NCBI GenBank assembly: GCA_013619125.1
Contig: JABXKS010000002.1
Coordinates: forward strand, 11,511-75,510
Direction: 5' to 3'
Origin: Clostridiales bacterium
Lineage (GTDB): Bacteria; Bacillota; Clostridia; Tissierellales; GPF-1
Length of the DNA: 64,000 bases
This document shows, piece after piece, positions 41,620 to 51,217 of this stretch. The notes beneath the pieces are model-generated. The model made no database searches. It was not told the DNA's origin and saw nothing but the letters and a program-made list of their open reading frames with translations. Numbering within the stretch: the stretch's first letter is position 1; the number at the start of each line of letters is the position of its first letter. A program made the position numbers and the translations under genes.

Positions 41620-42576
41620 ATGCAGTTTACCAATTTGGGAACGACAGGAATTCGCGTTTCAAAAATTTGTTTTGGCAGCTTAACAACAAGCCGGCTTCAG
41701 AAAAATTTTTCTGCAGAGGAAGCTGCTGCGTTGTTTGCATATGCGATTTTAAAGCATCAAATCAATTTCTTTGATACGGCGGAATTATACGGGAACTATG
41801 CGCATTTTCGCGCGCTTCTCGATCTTGTGAAACGGGAAGAATTTGTCTTGTCTACAAAGTGCTATGCCTATGATCGCGCGACTGCGAAAGCGAGCCTGGA
41901 GAAAGTCTTGCGGGAAGTGGGTACAGACTATATCGATATCATGATGCTTCATGAACAAGAAAGCGAGCATACTCTGAGGGGACATCGCGAAGCGATTGAA
42001 TACTTTGGGGAGCAAAAACAAAAAGGCGTGATTCGTGCGATCGGGTATTCCACACATTTCGTACGAGGCGTTAAGGCGGCGGAGACGATGCCGGAAATGA
42101 AAGTCATTCACCCTCTGATCAATCGACGCGGAATTGGCATTGTGGACGGGGAAAGACTGGATATGGAGCAAGCCATACACGAACAGATGGATCGCGGGAT
42201 GGGTTGCTATTTGATGAAACCCTTAGGCGGCGGTCATTTATTGGAGGAATATCCACAGGCAATTTCGTATCTTCATGAAGAATTTCCGGAAGCGGTGATT
42301 GCCATCGGCATGCAGAGTAAAATAGAAGTGGATTTAAATGTTCGAAGCATTGTCGATCATGAATGGACGAAAACGGAGCAAGAACGATTTCATTTTCAAG
42401 AAAAAAAATTAAAAATAGCAGATTGGTGTGTGGGCTGTGGACGATGTGTTGAAGCCTGTCAACAAAATGCATTGGGGCTTCAAGACGGGAAAGCAGTTGT
42501 TTTGGATCAGTCCAAATGCGTTCGGTGCGGATACTGTGCCAAGGCCTGCAAAGAATTCTGTATTAAGGTTGTGTAA
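41620..42576 (+). CDS. aldo/keto reductase with C-terminal 2x[4Fe-4S] ferredoxin domain
   Basis: LGTTGIRVSKICFG, FDTAELY, STK, DYIDIMMLH; CVGCGRCVEAC and CVRCGYCAKAC. Confidence 0.93.
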   Translation: MQFTNLGTTGIRVSKICFGSLTTSRLQKNFSAEEAAALFAYAILKHQINFFDTAELYGNYAHFRALLDLVKREEFVLSTKCYAYDRATAKASLEKVLREVGTDYIDIMMLHEQESEHTLRGHREAIEYFGEQKQKGVIRAIGYSTHFVRGVKAAETMPEMKVIHPLINRRGIGIVDGERLDMEQAIHEQMDRGMGCYLMKPLGGGHLLEEYPQAISYLHEEFPEAVIAIGMQSKIEVDLNVRSIVDHEWTKTEQERFHFQEKKLKIADWCVGCGRCVEACQQNALGLQDGKAVVLDQSKCVRCGYCAKACKEFCIKVV

Positions 42577-42577
42577 A

Positions 42578-43000
42578 ATGGGTAGATACTTAGGGTTAGA
42601 TGTTGGAGACAATACAATCGGTGTTGCCATCAGCGATGAATTGAAATGGATGGCACAGCCGGTAAAAACCATCAAGCGAATTGGGAAAAAGAAAGATTAT
42701 GCTGCAATTGCAGCTTTGCTTCAAGCACAAGATATTGAAAAGATTATTGTGGGCTTGCCAAAAAATATGGATAACTCAATCGGTCCACAAGCAAAAAAGG
42801 CTTTGGAATTTGGAGAAGGACTGAAAAAAAGGTTCGATGTAGCTGTCGAGTTTTCTGATGAACGGCTTACGACGAGTCGATCCACGCAGATTTTAATTGA
42901 AAGCGGTGTGCGAAGAGAAAATCGCAAACAAGTTATTGATCAATTGGCAGCCGTTCAAATATTGCAAACGGTATTGGATTTGGAAAGGAGCAAAGCATGA
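42578..43000 (+). CDS. ruvX: YqgF/RuvX family pre-16S rRNA nuclease
   Basis: LGLDVGDNTIGVAISD, IIVGLPKNM, DERLTT, IDQLAAVQILQ. Confidence 0.96.
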   Translation: MGRYLGLDVGDNTIGVAISDELKWMAQPVKTIKRIGKKKDYAAIAALLQAQDIEKIIVGLPKNMDNSIGPQAKKALEFGEGLKKRFDVAVEFSDERLTTSRSTQILIESGVRRENRKQVIDQLAAVQILQTVLDLERSKA

Positions 43001-43224
43001 AAGGAACCTTTTTGAATGATCAGGGAGCCAAGCAAGAAGTGGAGATCCTTGATATGTATGAGTATTCGGAAAAACAATATGCTTTGGTTCAATTTGAGGA
43101 AGACGGAGAAGCCTTTGTCTTCCGTATTCAAGAGCATGGCGAAGAACTGATCTTGGAGCAAATTGGATCAGAAAGCGAATACCAAGAGGTACGAGAACTC
43201 ATTTTAATGGACTTGGATTCTTAA
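42997..43224 (+). CDS. DUF1292 family small acidic protein
   Basis: Acidic 75-aa ORF (EVEILD.YEY..KQYAL, FVFRI.E.GEE..L..I.SE.EY..V) directly after ruvX. Confidence 0.75.
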   Translation: MKGTFLNDQGAKQEVEILDMYEYSEKQYALVQFEEDGEAFVFRIQEHGEELILEQIGSESEYQEVRELILMDLDS

Positions 43225-43239
43225 GAAGTCGAGGACGAA

Positions 43240-43695
43240 ATGGACAATAAAGAACGCTATCTAGAGATATTTAGAAAAAACGGGTACAAATTGACAACAC
43301 AGAGACGGGTGATCTTTGAGGTTCTTTACGAGCGCTCAAATGAACATCCAAGTCCTGAAGAAATTTACGATCGGGTGAAGGATAAATATCCTGAAATTGG
43401 GCTTGCGACGATATATCGCACCCTACAGCTAATGGAAGATTTAGGCATTGTATATAAGATGAATTTTAATGATGGGTTGAGTCGATATGAATTGTGCATG
43501 AACAATGCGCATCAGCATCATCACCTTATTTGTTTGCAATGCGGTCGGGTTGAGGAAGTAGAAATTGATTTGTTGGAAGGATTGGAAGCAGCAATTGAAG
43601 AAAACAAGGGGTTTCAGATTACAGATCACAGCGTAAAATTTTTTGGGACTTGCAAGGTTTGTCGGAAAGCCCGTTCAAATAAAAAGGAGAATTGA
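43240..43695 (+). CDS. Fur family transcriptional repressor
   Basis: GYKLTTQR, HPSPEEIY, IGLATIYRTL, HQHHHLICLQCG, GTCKVC. Confidence 0.95.
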   Translation: MDNKERYLEIFRKNGYKLTTQRRVIFEVLYERSNEHPSPEEIYDRVKDKYPEIGLATIYRTLQLMEDLGIVYKMNFNDGLSRYELCMNNAHQHHHLICLQCGRVEEVEIDLLEGLEAAIEENKGFQITDHSVKFFGTCKVCRKARSNKKEN

Positions 43696-45362
43696 ACGTG
43701 AGAAAAAGTTTGACAAAAGTAAAGATCATTCCTCTTGGAGGAATGAATGAAATTGGAAAAAACCTAACGGTTTTTGAGTGTAAGAATGAGATTGTCATTA
43801 TCGATGTTGGTATGACTTTTCCAGAAGATGAAATGCTAGGCATTGATGTGGTTATTCCAGATTTCACCTATTTGGAGCAAAACAAACATCGTGTAAAAGG
43901 AATTTTGTTGACCCACGGCCATGAGGACCATATTGGTGCTTTGCCGTATTTTTTAAAGAAAATAAATGTTCCGATCTTTGGATCTAGAATGACCCTGGGA
44001 TTAGTTGAAAACAAACTGAAGGAGCATGGTTTGACCGATGTTGAATTAAATCGAGTCAATGCGGGTGACACGATCGAAATTGGTCCATTCAAAGCTGAGT
44101 TTATCAATGTGAATCATAGTATTCCTGATGCCTTTGCCATTGCTTTGCATACACCAGCGGGTGTTATTGTGCACACAGGAGATTTCAAAATCGATTATAC
44201 GCCGATCATTGGCGAACCCATGGATTTTGCGCGATTGGCAGAGCTGGGCAAAAAAGGGGTTACTCTTTTAATGGCTGACAGCACGAATGCGATTCGTGAG
44301 GGCTATACCCAGTCTGAAGTAACAGTTGGGCAAGCTTTGGAAGCGCAGTTTATGCAGGCGACAGGCCGTATTATTGTAGCAAGTTTTGCATCCAACGTGC
44401 ACCGGGTTCAACAAATTATCAACGCGGCGGTTCGTTTTAATCGCAAGGTGGCTTTTTCCGGAAGAAGCATGCTGAATGTTTCTGGGGTTGCCTCGGAATT
44501 GGGTTATTTAAAGATTCCCAAGGGCACGCTGATCGAGTTGCGGGATATCGGCAAACATCCAATTGAAGAAATTTGTGTGATTTCAACCGGCAGTCAAGGA
44601 GAGCCTATGTCGGCGCTTTCTCGCCTTGCAGCAAATATGCATCGCAATATGGAATTGATTCCAGGTGATACAGTGATGTTAAGTGCGAGCCCGATTCCAG
44701 GGAATGAAAAGCCCATATCTAAGATTATCAATCTATTGGTGGAAAAAGGGGTTACAGTCATCCATGACCGTAATGCTGATATTCATGTTTCCGGCCATGC
44801 GTGCCGCGAAGAGTGCAAGCTGATCCAAGCGCTTTTGCAACCGAAGTTTTTTATGCCCGTGCATGGAGAACAGGTGCATCTGAAAGCGCATGCGGATTTA
44901 GCAATTGAAATGGGCATGCCTGTGGAGAACATCATGACGGCCATCAATGGAACCGTTATTGAATTGACGAAGAAAACGGCGAAAGCGACGGGTTCCGTAA
45001 CAGCAGGGAAAATTCTTGTTGACGGTCTTGGTGTCGGCGATGTCGGCAATATCGTATTACGTGACCGAAAGCATTTGTCTGAAGACGGTTTGATTGTCGT
45101 TGTGGTAACGATTGACAAGAAAACAGCGAAAACAGTATCGGGTCCTGATATCGTATCAAGGGGATTTGTGTATGTGCGTGAATCGGAAGATCTAATGGTA
45201 GGTGCACGGAAAGTTGTTATGAAGGTATTAAAAGAGTGTGAAGCGAAAAAAATCACCGATTGGTCAACTATCAAAGCGAAGATCAAAGAAGGTTTACGCA
45301 ACTATATCTATGAGAAAATTAAAAGAAATCCAATGATTTTACCTGTGATCATGGATGTGTAA
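43692..45362 (+). CDS. rnj: ribonuclease J
   Basis: PLGGMNEIGKN, THGHEDHIG, HTGDFK, TGSQGEPMSALSR, HVSGH, PVHGE. Confidence 0.98.
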   Translation: MNVRKSLTKVKIIPLGGMNEIGKNLTVFECKNEIVIIDVGMTFPEDEMLGIDVVIPDFTYLEQNKHRVKGILLTHGHEDHIGALPYFLKKINVPIFGSRMTLGLVENKLKEHGLTDVELNRVNAGDTIEIGPFKAEFINVNHSIPDAFAIALHTPAGVIVHTGDFKIDYTPIIGEPMDFARLAELGKKGVTLLMADSTNAIREGYTQSEVTVGQALEAQFMQATGRIIVASFASNVHRVQQIINAAVRFNRKVAFSGRSMLNVSGVASELGYLKIPKGTLIELRDIGKHPIEEICVISTGSQGEPMSALSRLAANMHRNMELIPGDTVMLSASPIPGNEKPISKIINLLVEKGVTVIHDRNADIHVSGHACREECKLIQALLQPKFFMPVHGEQVHLKAHADLAIEMGMPVENIMTAINGTVIELTKKTAKATGSVTAGKILVDGLGVGDVGNIVLRDRKHLSEDGLIVVVVTIDKKTAKTVSGPDIVSRGFVYVRESEDLMVGARKVVMKVLKECEAKKITDWSTIKAKIKEGLRNYIYEKIKRNPMILPVIMDV

Positions 45363-45389
45363 AAATCAGTTGTAGAGACTGAAAATATG

Positions 45390-45419
45390 AAATGACCAGA
45401 TGTAGCTGTCTGGTTATTT
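45390..45419 (+). terminator. stem-loop after rnj, possible terminator
   Basis: AAATGACCAGA-n8-TCTGGTTATTT; weak T tract. Confidence 0.55.
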
Positions 45420-45438
45420 CTATGTGGGGGGAAAGAAG

Positions 45439-46455
45439 ATGAAAAAAGGTTTCTTTTTTTTATTGCTCATCGTGCTCGGGGTTGGTGGATACGGCTATCT
45501 GCAATTTCAGCCTATTGATGCTGAAGGGCAAGGCACAGAACGCCTTGTGAAGATTGTTCAAGGTGCTACTGCCACTTCTATAGCTACACAATTGGAAGAC
45601 ATGGACGGGGTTATTCGAAATCAATATGCATTTCGCTGGGTAGCTAAAAAAACCGAAATGGAAAGCAAGTTTAAACCGGGCGAGTATCGGGTGAAGACAG
45701 ATCTGACATTGGAAGAGATGATGACGATTTTCACAGAAGGACCCGGAATTTTACGAGAAACCGTACGTGTGACAATTCCAGAAGGGTATACCCTGGCAGA
45801 GATCGTTCAAGTGTTGCTTGATCATCAATTAGGCGAACAAGAAGGCTATGAGGCGATATTGATCGATGAATCATGGTTGTCGAGTCAGGACTTTCCGAAG
45901 GAAGTGCAGAAATTCAGTTCGATGGAGGGAATTCTATTCCCGGAAACCTATGAGTTTTTCACGGATGATTCAGAAGAACAAATTTTTCAAAAGATGATCC
46001 ACCAATTTGTTCAGGTTTATGGCGTTTTGACAGAGGAAGATTTTTCGAATTTGGTTGAGGTAACGACATTGGCATCCATGATTCAAGGGGAAGGAAAGGC
46101 GGCTGAGGAATTTCCATTGATCGCATCGGTCTTTCTCAATCGTATTGAAATCGAAATGCCGCTTCAATCCTGTGCGACCATTCAATATTTATTGGGCGAG
46201 CGAAAAGAGCGATTGTTGAATGTTGACTTGGAAATTGACTCTCCCTTCAACACCTATATGTATGCAGGGTTCCCACCAGGACCTGTTGGATCGCCAGGCA
46301 AGACAGCCCTTCAGGCTGCCTTGGCGCCGGCAGAGACAAGCTACTTGTTTTTTACATCGAATTTAGATGGAACGGGCACTCATACATTTACAGAAACTTA
46401 TGAAGAACATTTGGCTGCGACCCACGCGGCGAGAGAGAAAGCGGGAACGGAATAG
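45439..46455 (+). CDS. mltG: endolytic transglycosylase MltG
   Basis: N-terminal TM helix, VTIPEGY, EGILFPETY, IASVF.NR...MPLQSCAT, SPFNTY...G.PPGP. Confidence 0.95.
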   Translation: MKKGFFFLLLIVLGVGGYGYLQFQPIDAEGQGTERLVKIVQGATATSIATQLEDMDGVIRNQYAFRWVAKKTEMESKFKPGEYRVKTDLTLEEMMTIFTEGPGILRETVRVTIPEGYTLAEIVQVLLDHQLGEQEGYEAILIDESWLSSQDFPKEVQKFSSMEGILFPETYEFFTDDSEEQIFQKMIHQFVQVYGVLTEEDFSNLVEVTTLASMIQGEGKAAEEFPLIASVFLNRIEIEMPLQSCATIQYLLGERKERLLNVDLEIDSPFNTYMYAGFPPGPVGSPGKTALQAALAPAETSYLFFTSNLDGTGTHTFTETYEEHLAATHAAREKAGTE

Positions 46456-47072
46456 TGGATAATTTTCTTTGGATTAAGGATGAAAAGCAACAGAGCATGA
46501 TGCGAAAATTGTACGATCAAGCCAAGGTTGATCGTGTACCCATACTATTGGATAATGCCGCTGGGGTAATCGATTCATGGTTGCTTTTATTGAAACCCAA
46601 TCGAATCCTCGAGGTAGGAACTGCAGTCGGATATTCTGCCATAAGAATGGCTTTGGTGAGTCCGAATTCAATCATTGACACCATTGAAAAGGATCCTGAT
46701 CGTGCAAATGAGGCACGGGCCAATATCCAACGATTTAATCTGGAGGAACGGGTCATCTTGCATGAAGGCGATGCATTGGACTTGATTTCTGGTATGAAGG
46801 AAGAATATGATTTTGTCTTTATTGATGCGGCGAAAGGGCAATATGGTCGATTCTTTGAAGATGCGATTGAAAAAATTCGTCCTGGGGGCGTTGTGATTTG
46901 CGATAATATGCTGTTTCACGGGTTTGTTGAGGCCGAAGAGGTCCCGAAACGGTATCGTTCGATGATTAAAAAGCTGAAGGTGTTCCATCAAACACTGCTC
47001 AATCATCCGGATTTTGAGACACGGATTTTATCAATCGATGACGGCATTTCGATTTCTGTAAAGAGAGGATAA
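46455..47072 (+). CDS. trmR: O-methyltransferase (TrmR/YrrM-like tRNA mo5U methyltransferase)
   Basis: ILEVGTAVGYSA, FVFIDAAKGQY, GGVVICDN; between mltG and a U32 gene. Confidence 0.8.
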   Translation: MDNFLWIKDEKQQSMMRKLYDQAKVDRVPILLDNAAGVIDSWLLLLKPNRILEVGTAVGYSAIRMALVSPNSIIDTIEKDPDRANEARANIQRFNLEERVILHEGDALDLISGMKEEYDFVFIDAAKGQYGRFFEDAIEKIRPGGVVICDNMLFHGFVEAEEVPKRYRSMIKKLKVFHQTLLNHPDFETRILSIDDGISISVKRG

Positions 47073-47074
47073 AC

Positions 47075-48307
47075 ATGAAAAAAATTGAATTATTGGCACC
47101 AGCAGGAAACTTGGAAAAATTAAAGACGGCAGTGACTTACGGTGCTGACGCTGTATATATGGGCGGTCAAAGATTTGGACTACGGGCGCAATCCAAGAAC
47201 TTTTCGCTTGAAGAGATGCGTGAAGGGGTTGTATTTGCTCATGAACATCAGGCGAAGGTATACGTCACTTTGAATATTTATGCGCATCAAGAGGATTTTG
47301 ATGGATTAGAAGACTACCTATTGGATCTTGCTCGAATTGAAGTTGACGCAGTTATTGTTTCCGATCCCGGAATCTTGATGATGGTTCGACAGAGCATACC
47401 TGAGATGGAAGTGCATTTGTCGACGCAGGCGAATACGACCAATGCATATGCGGCAAAATTTTGGCATCAACAGGGCGTGAAGCGGATCGTTACTGCCAGA
47501 GAGGTGACCCTGGAAGAAATGAAGAGTATTTCTGGGCAACTTCCAGAGGATATGGAGATCGAGAGTTTTGTTCATGGTGCGATGTGCATGGCGTATTCTG
47601 GTCGATGTCTTTTGAGCAATTATATGACGGGCCGAGATGCCAATCGAGGAAATTGCGCGCAAGCTTGCCGTTGGAGTTATCATTTGGTGGAAGAAAAGCG
47701 ACCCAATGAATACTTTCCCGTGGAAGAGGACGAACGAGGAACCTATATTTTGAATTCAAAAGACCTCTGTCTTTTGCCATACTTGAAAGAGTATATTGAG
47801 GCTGGTGTCACAAGCTTGAAGATTGAAGGCAGAATGAAAAGTCAATATTATGTGGCAACCATTGTTCGCGCGTATCGATTGGCGATTGATGCTTATCTTA
47901 AAGATCCAAAAGGGTATAAATGTAAAGATGAGTGGATGGAAGAATTGCGCAAGGTAAGTCATCGTGATTTCACGACAGGCTTTTTATTTGGCAAAGCAGG
48001 CGAGGAAGCGCAATTGTATCAAGATAATCACTATATTCGAACCCACGACTTCATTGGTCTTGTGCTTGAGAAAATGGATGAGAATATGGTCTTGGTTGAG
48101 CAGCGCAATAAATTCTGCGTGGGAGATACGATCGAGTATTTTGGTCCTGGGAGTCATGCGGGTAAATTTACGGTTACAGGGATATGGAGTGAATCGGGAG
48201 AGGCGATGGACTGCGCTCCTCATCCGAAACAGAAAATACGTTTGGAGACATCAGAACCGCTTCAATCTGGAGATTTTTTAAGAAAAGCAAAGGAGATGGC
48301 AGAATGA
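47075..48307 (+). CDS. trhP: peptidase U32 family protein (TrhP-like tRNA hydroxylation protein)
   Basis: [55 protein letters not shown]. Confidence 0.85.
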   Translation: MKKIELLAPAGNLEKLKTAVTYGADAVYMGGQRFGLRAQSKNFSLEEMREGVVFAHEHQAKVYVTLNIYAHQEDFDGLEDYLLDLARIEVDAVIVSDPGILMMVRQSIPEMEVHLSTQANTTNAYAAKFWHQQGVKRIVTAREVTLEEMKSISGQLPEDMEIESFVHGAMCMAYSGRCLLSNYMTGRDANRGNCAQACRWSYHLVEEKRPNEYFPVEEDERGTYILNSKDLCLLPYLKEYIEAGVTSLKIEGRMKSQYYVATIVRAYRLAIDAYLKDPKGYKCKDEWMEELRKVSHRDFTTGFLFGKAGEEAQLYQDNHYIRTHDFIGLVLEKMDENMVLVEQRNKFCVGDTIEYFGPGSHAGKFTVTGIWSESGEAMDCAPHPKQKIRLETSEPLQSGDFLRKAKEMAE

Positions 48308-48927
48308 GAAAACCAGTTTTTATTGGGATTGCCGGGGGAACAGGCTCAGGGAAAAGCACGGTAGCACGTGCTGTTTTCCAATCGATGCCAGCTAGTTCCA
48401 TTGCAGTGATCGAGCAAGACTCTTATTATCGTGATCAATCAGAGCTATCCTACGAGGAACGTGTAAAGACGAACTATGACCATCCTTTGGCCTTTGATAA
48501 TGATTTGCTTATCGAACATTTGAAGCTTTTGGGCGAGGGACAGACCGTGCAAAAACCGATTTACGACTTTGAGATTCATAATCGGAAAAAGGAAACCATT
48601 CTTGTGGAGTCCAGAGACATTGTAATTCTAGAAGGAATTTTATTATATGAAGATCCTCGAATTCGGGACTTGCTGGACATCAAAGTATTTGTTGATACAG
48701 ATCCGGATGTTCGTGTCATTCGCCGTATTCAACGAGATATGAAATATCGAGGCCGCTCTTTGGATTCTATCATACAACAATATATGACCACCGTTCGACC
48801 CGCGCATTTACAATTTGTTGAACCAAGCAAGCGCTATGCAGACTTGATTATCCCTGAAGGCGGATACAATAAAGTTGCCATTGACCTGATGGTAACAAAA
48901 GTACAGTCAATTATAGAAGGGAAATAG
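48304..48927 (+). CDS. udk: uridine kinase
   Basis: [63 protein letters not shown]. Confidence 0.98.
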   Translation: MRKPVFIGIAGGTGSGKSTVARAVFQSMPASSIAVIEQDSYYRDQSELSYEERVKTNYDHPLAFDNDLLIEHLKLLGEGQTVQKPIYDFEIHNRKKETILVESRDIVILEGILLYEDPRIRDLLDIKVFVDTDPDVRVIRRIQRDMKYRGRSLDSIIQQYMTTVRPAHLQFVEPSKRYADLIIPEGGYNKVAIDLMVTKVQSIIEGK

Positions 48928-48928
48928 G

Positions 48929-49438
48929 ATGATGGAACAATTGACGCCGCATTTTTGTACAACATCCATTTATGATCTTCCCTTTTCTGAATTTTGGGAA
49001 AAGGGATATCGCATCCTTTTTTGTGATCTGGATAATACAGTTTCCGCTTTTGATCAGCCTTTGCCAGAAGAGCGATTTTTGAATTGGGTGGTAGAGCGAA
49101 AAAATGAAGGGTGGGAAATATATATTTTGTCTAATAATGGCAAAGAACGGGTAGAAAAGTTTTGTAGAGTTGCAAATTTAACCGGTTTTTCAAATTTATA
49201 CAAACCCTTGCGTTTTCGAACCGATCAAATTGTAAAAGAAATGGGGGAATCACCAGACCGAATCGTATTTATCGGTGATCAAGTATTTACCGATGTATGG
49301 TTGGCCAATCAAATGGGTTTCCTTTCTGTGTTAGTGGATCCAGTGGCTAAAGGCGATTTGCTGAAGACGAAAATCAATCGGAAAATGGAAGGCTTTTTAA
49401 GAAAAGGATTTACTTATGGGAAGAACAAATCTTGGTAA
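48929..49438 (+). CDS. yqeG: YqeG family HAD-IIIA phosphatase
   Basis: DLDNT, ILSNN, KP, IGDQVFTDV..AN..G..S.LVDP. Confidence 0.9.
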   Translation: MMEQLTPHFCTTSIYDLPFSEFWEKGYRILFCDLDNTVSAFDQPLPEERFLNWVVERKNEGWEIYILSNNGKERVEKFCRVANLTGFSNLYKPLRFRTDQIVKEMGESPDRIVFIGDQVFTDVWLANQMGFLSVLVDPVAKGDLLKTKINRKMEGFLRKGFTYGKNKSW

Positions 49439-49439
49439 A

Positions 49440-49468
49440 TTGACACAGATTTCCTAAAGGAATATAAT
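49440..49468 (+). promoter_or_regulatory. perfect-consensus sigma-A promoter of the type IV pilus operon
   Basis: TTGACA-17 nt-TATAAT, 54 nt before the pilB ATG. Confidence 0.92.
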
Positions 49469-49522
49469 TAAAATAACAAAATAGCGGTCTTGTGGCCGTT
49501 TTTTGAATACGGGGGTGAGAAA

Positions 49523-51208
49523 ATGAGTGTCCATAAACTGCGATTAGGTGATTTGCTAGTTGAAAACAACATTATTACAGATGATCAATTAAAGGATGCC
49601 CTTGCTACGCAAAAACGGAATGGCGGGAAATTAGGCGAAACACTTCAGGATCTTGGGTTTGTGACGGAAAATGAAATTATCAATACCTTGGTGTATCAGC
49701 AAGGAATCGATTACATCAACTTGGACAAATATAAGTTCGATTTGGAAGTGGTCTATTTCGTGCCGGAGAAAATTGCTCGTAAGTATACCGTTTTGGCCTT
49801 GAAAAAAGAAGGAAATCAGTTAACGGTTACGATGGAAGATCCTCTCAATGTCTTTGCGATCGAAGATCTTCATATCATATCTGGATATGAAATCAAAGTA
49901 GCGATCTCCAAAAAAGACAAGATTCTAAAGTATATCAGTCAGTTGTATACGAATATCTCAGCAAGAGAAGCCATTGATGAAATTGTCGATGAGTTTTCTG
50001 TTGAAGAGGTGAAGAAGGAAACTTTAAACACGGAGGATTTGGGAAACGCTATTGATAACGCACCGATTGTGCGCTTGGTGAATACAGTTATTACACAAGC
50101 AGTTAACTTGAAAGCCAGTGACATTCATATTGAGCCTACTGCCAGTGAAGTACGGGTTCGTGTCCGGGTCGATGGGATTTTACGTGAAATCATGCATCCC
50201 GATTTGGCATCTTTGTCAGCCATCGTTGCTCGAATCAAGATTATGTCCTCCATGGATATCGCAGAGCGCCGGATTCCACAGGATGGTCGGATCGAACTGG
50301 TTGTCAATAATAAGAGCGTTGACTTGCGTGTATCGACTTTGCCAATCGTTTATGGAGAAAAGGTTGTAATTCGTATCTTAGACCGTTCTGTCAGCCTTCG
50401 TAGTGTCGAGGAACTGGGTCTGATGGAAGAGAGTGTGAATCCATTTCATCGTTTAATCAGTGGACAAAACGGCATTATTCTTGTAACGGGTCCAACCGGA
50501 AGTGGGAAAACAACGACGCTCTATGCAATCTTGAATGAATTGAACACGTCCTCAAAAAATATTGTTACATTGGAAGACCCCGTGGAATACAAACTCCATG
50601 GAATCAATCAAGTGCAAGTGCATGAAAAGGCGGGCATGACTTTTGCGAAAGGACTTCGATCCATTTTGCGACAGGATCCGGACATTATCATGGTCGGCGA
50701 GATTCGTGACAATGAGACTGCTCAAATTGCAATTAAGTCTGCGATTACTGGTCACTTGGTGTTGTCTACCATTCATACGAACAGCGCCTTGTCAACGGTA
50801 ACTCGCTTGACCGATATGGGCGTGCCATCCTACTTGGTTGCGTCTTCTCTGAAGGGGATTATCGCGCAGCGTTTGGTTCGAAAACTTTGTCCGAATTGCC
50901 GAGAAGCTTACGAGAGCAGCGAGTTTGAGGTTCGGGCACTGGAAATGGAAGAACCGCGAACCCTGTATCGTGCAAAGGGATGTTTTGAATGCGGCGGCAC
51001 GGGTTATGAAGGTCGAACTGCAGTCTATGAGATATTCCTGTTGGATGAATACGCAAGATCATTGGTTTATTCCGGAATCCAGGAAGACGAGATGCTGAAT
51101 TTGTTGAAACGCAGAGGCTACTTGACCTTGAAAAACAGCTGTATTGAGTTGATCAAGGAAGGCTTGACGACCGTTGATGAATTAAATCGAGTATTGGGAA
51201 GTATGTAG
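49523..51208 (+). CDS. pilB: type IV pilus assembly ATPase PilB with N-terminal MshEN domain
   Basis: ASDIHIEP, DIAERRIPQDG, GPTGSGKTTTL, LEDPVEY, RQDPDIIMVGEIRD, CPNC/CFEC zinc motif. Confidence 0.95.
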   Translation: MSVHKLRLGDLLVENNIITDDQLKDALATQKRNGGKLGETLQDLGFVTENEIINTLVYQQGIDYINLDKYKFDLEVVYFVPEKIARKYTVLALKKEGNQLTVTMEDPLNVFAIEDLHIISGYEIKVAISKKDKILKYISQLYTNISAREAIDEIVDEFSVEEVKKETLNTEDLGNAIDNAPIVRLVNTVITQAVNLKASDIHIEPTASEVRVRVRVDGILREIMHPDLASLSAIVARIKIMSSMDIAERRIPQDGRIELVVNNKSVDLRVSTLPIVYGEKVVIRILDRSVSLRSVEELGLMEESVNPFHRLISGQNGIILVTGPTGSGKTTTLYAILNELNTSSKNIVTLEDPVEYKLHGINQVQVHEKAGMTFAKGLRSILRQDPDIIMVGEIRDNETAQIAIKSAITGHLVLSTIHTNSALSTVTRLTDMGVPSYLVASSLKGIIAQRLVRKLCPNCREAYESSEFEVRALEMEEPRTLYRAKGCFECGGTGYEGRTAVYEIFLLDEYARSLVYSGIQEDEMLNLLKRRGYLTLKNSCIELIKEGLTTVDELNRVLGSM

Positions 51209-51217
51209 GAGGTTATA

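Noticed and set aside
46060-46100. MltG motif LASMIQGE suggesting a dead catalytic site
   Set aside because: To my knowledge the last Glu of the SxxEKE-type motif is the conserved catalytic one, and it is present; Gln at the earlier position occurs in other MltG proteins.
49469-49522. c-di-GMP riboswitch before the pilus operon
   Set aside because: The leader is too short and has neither class I nor class II aptamer features.
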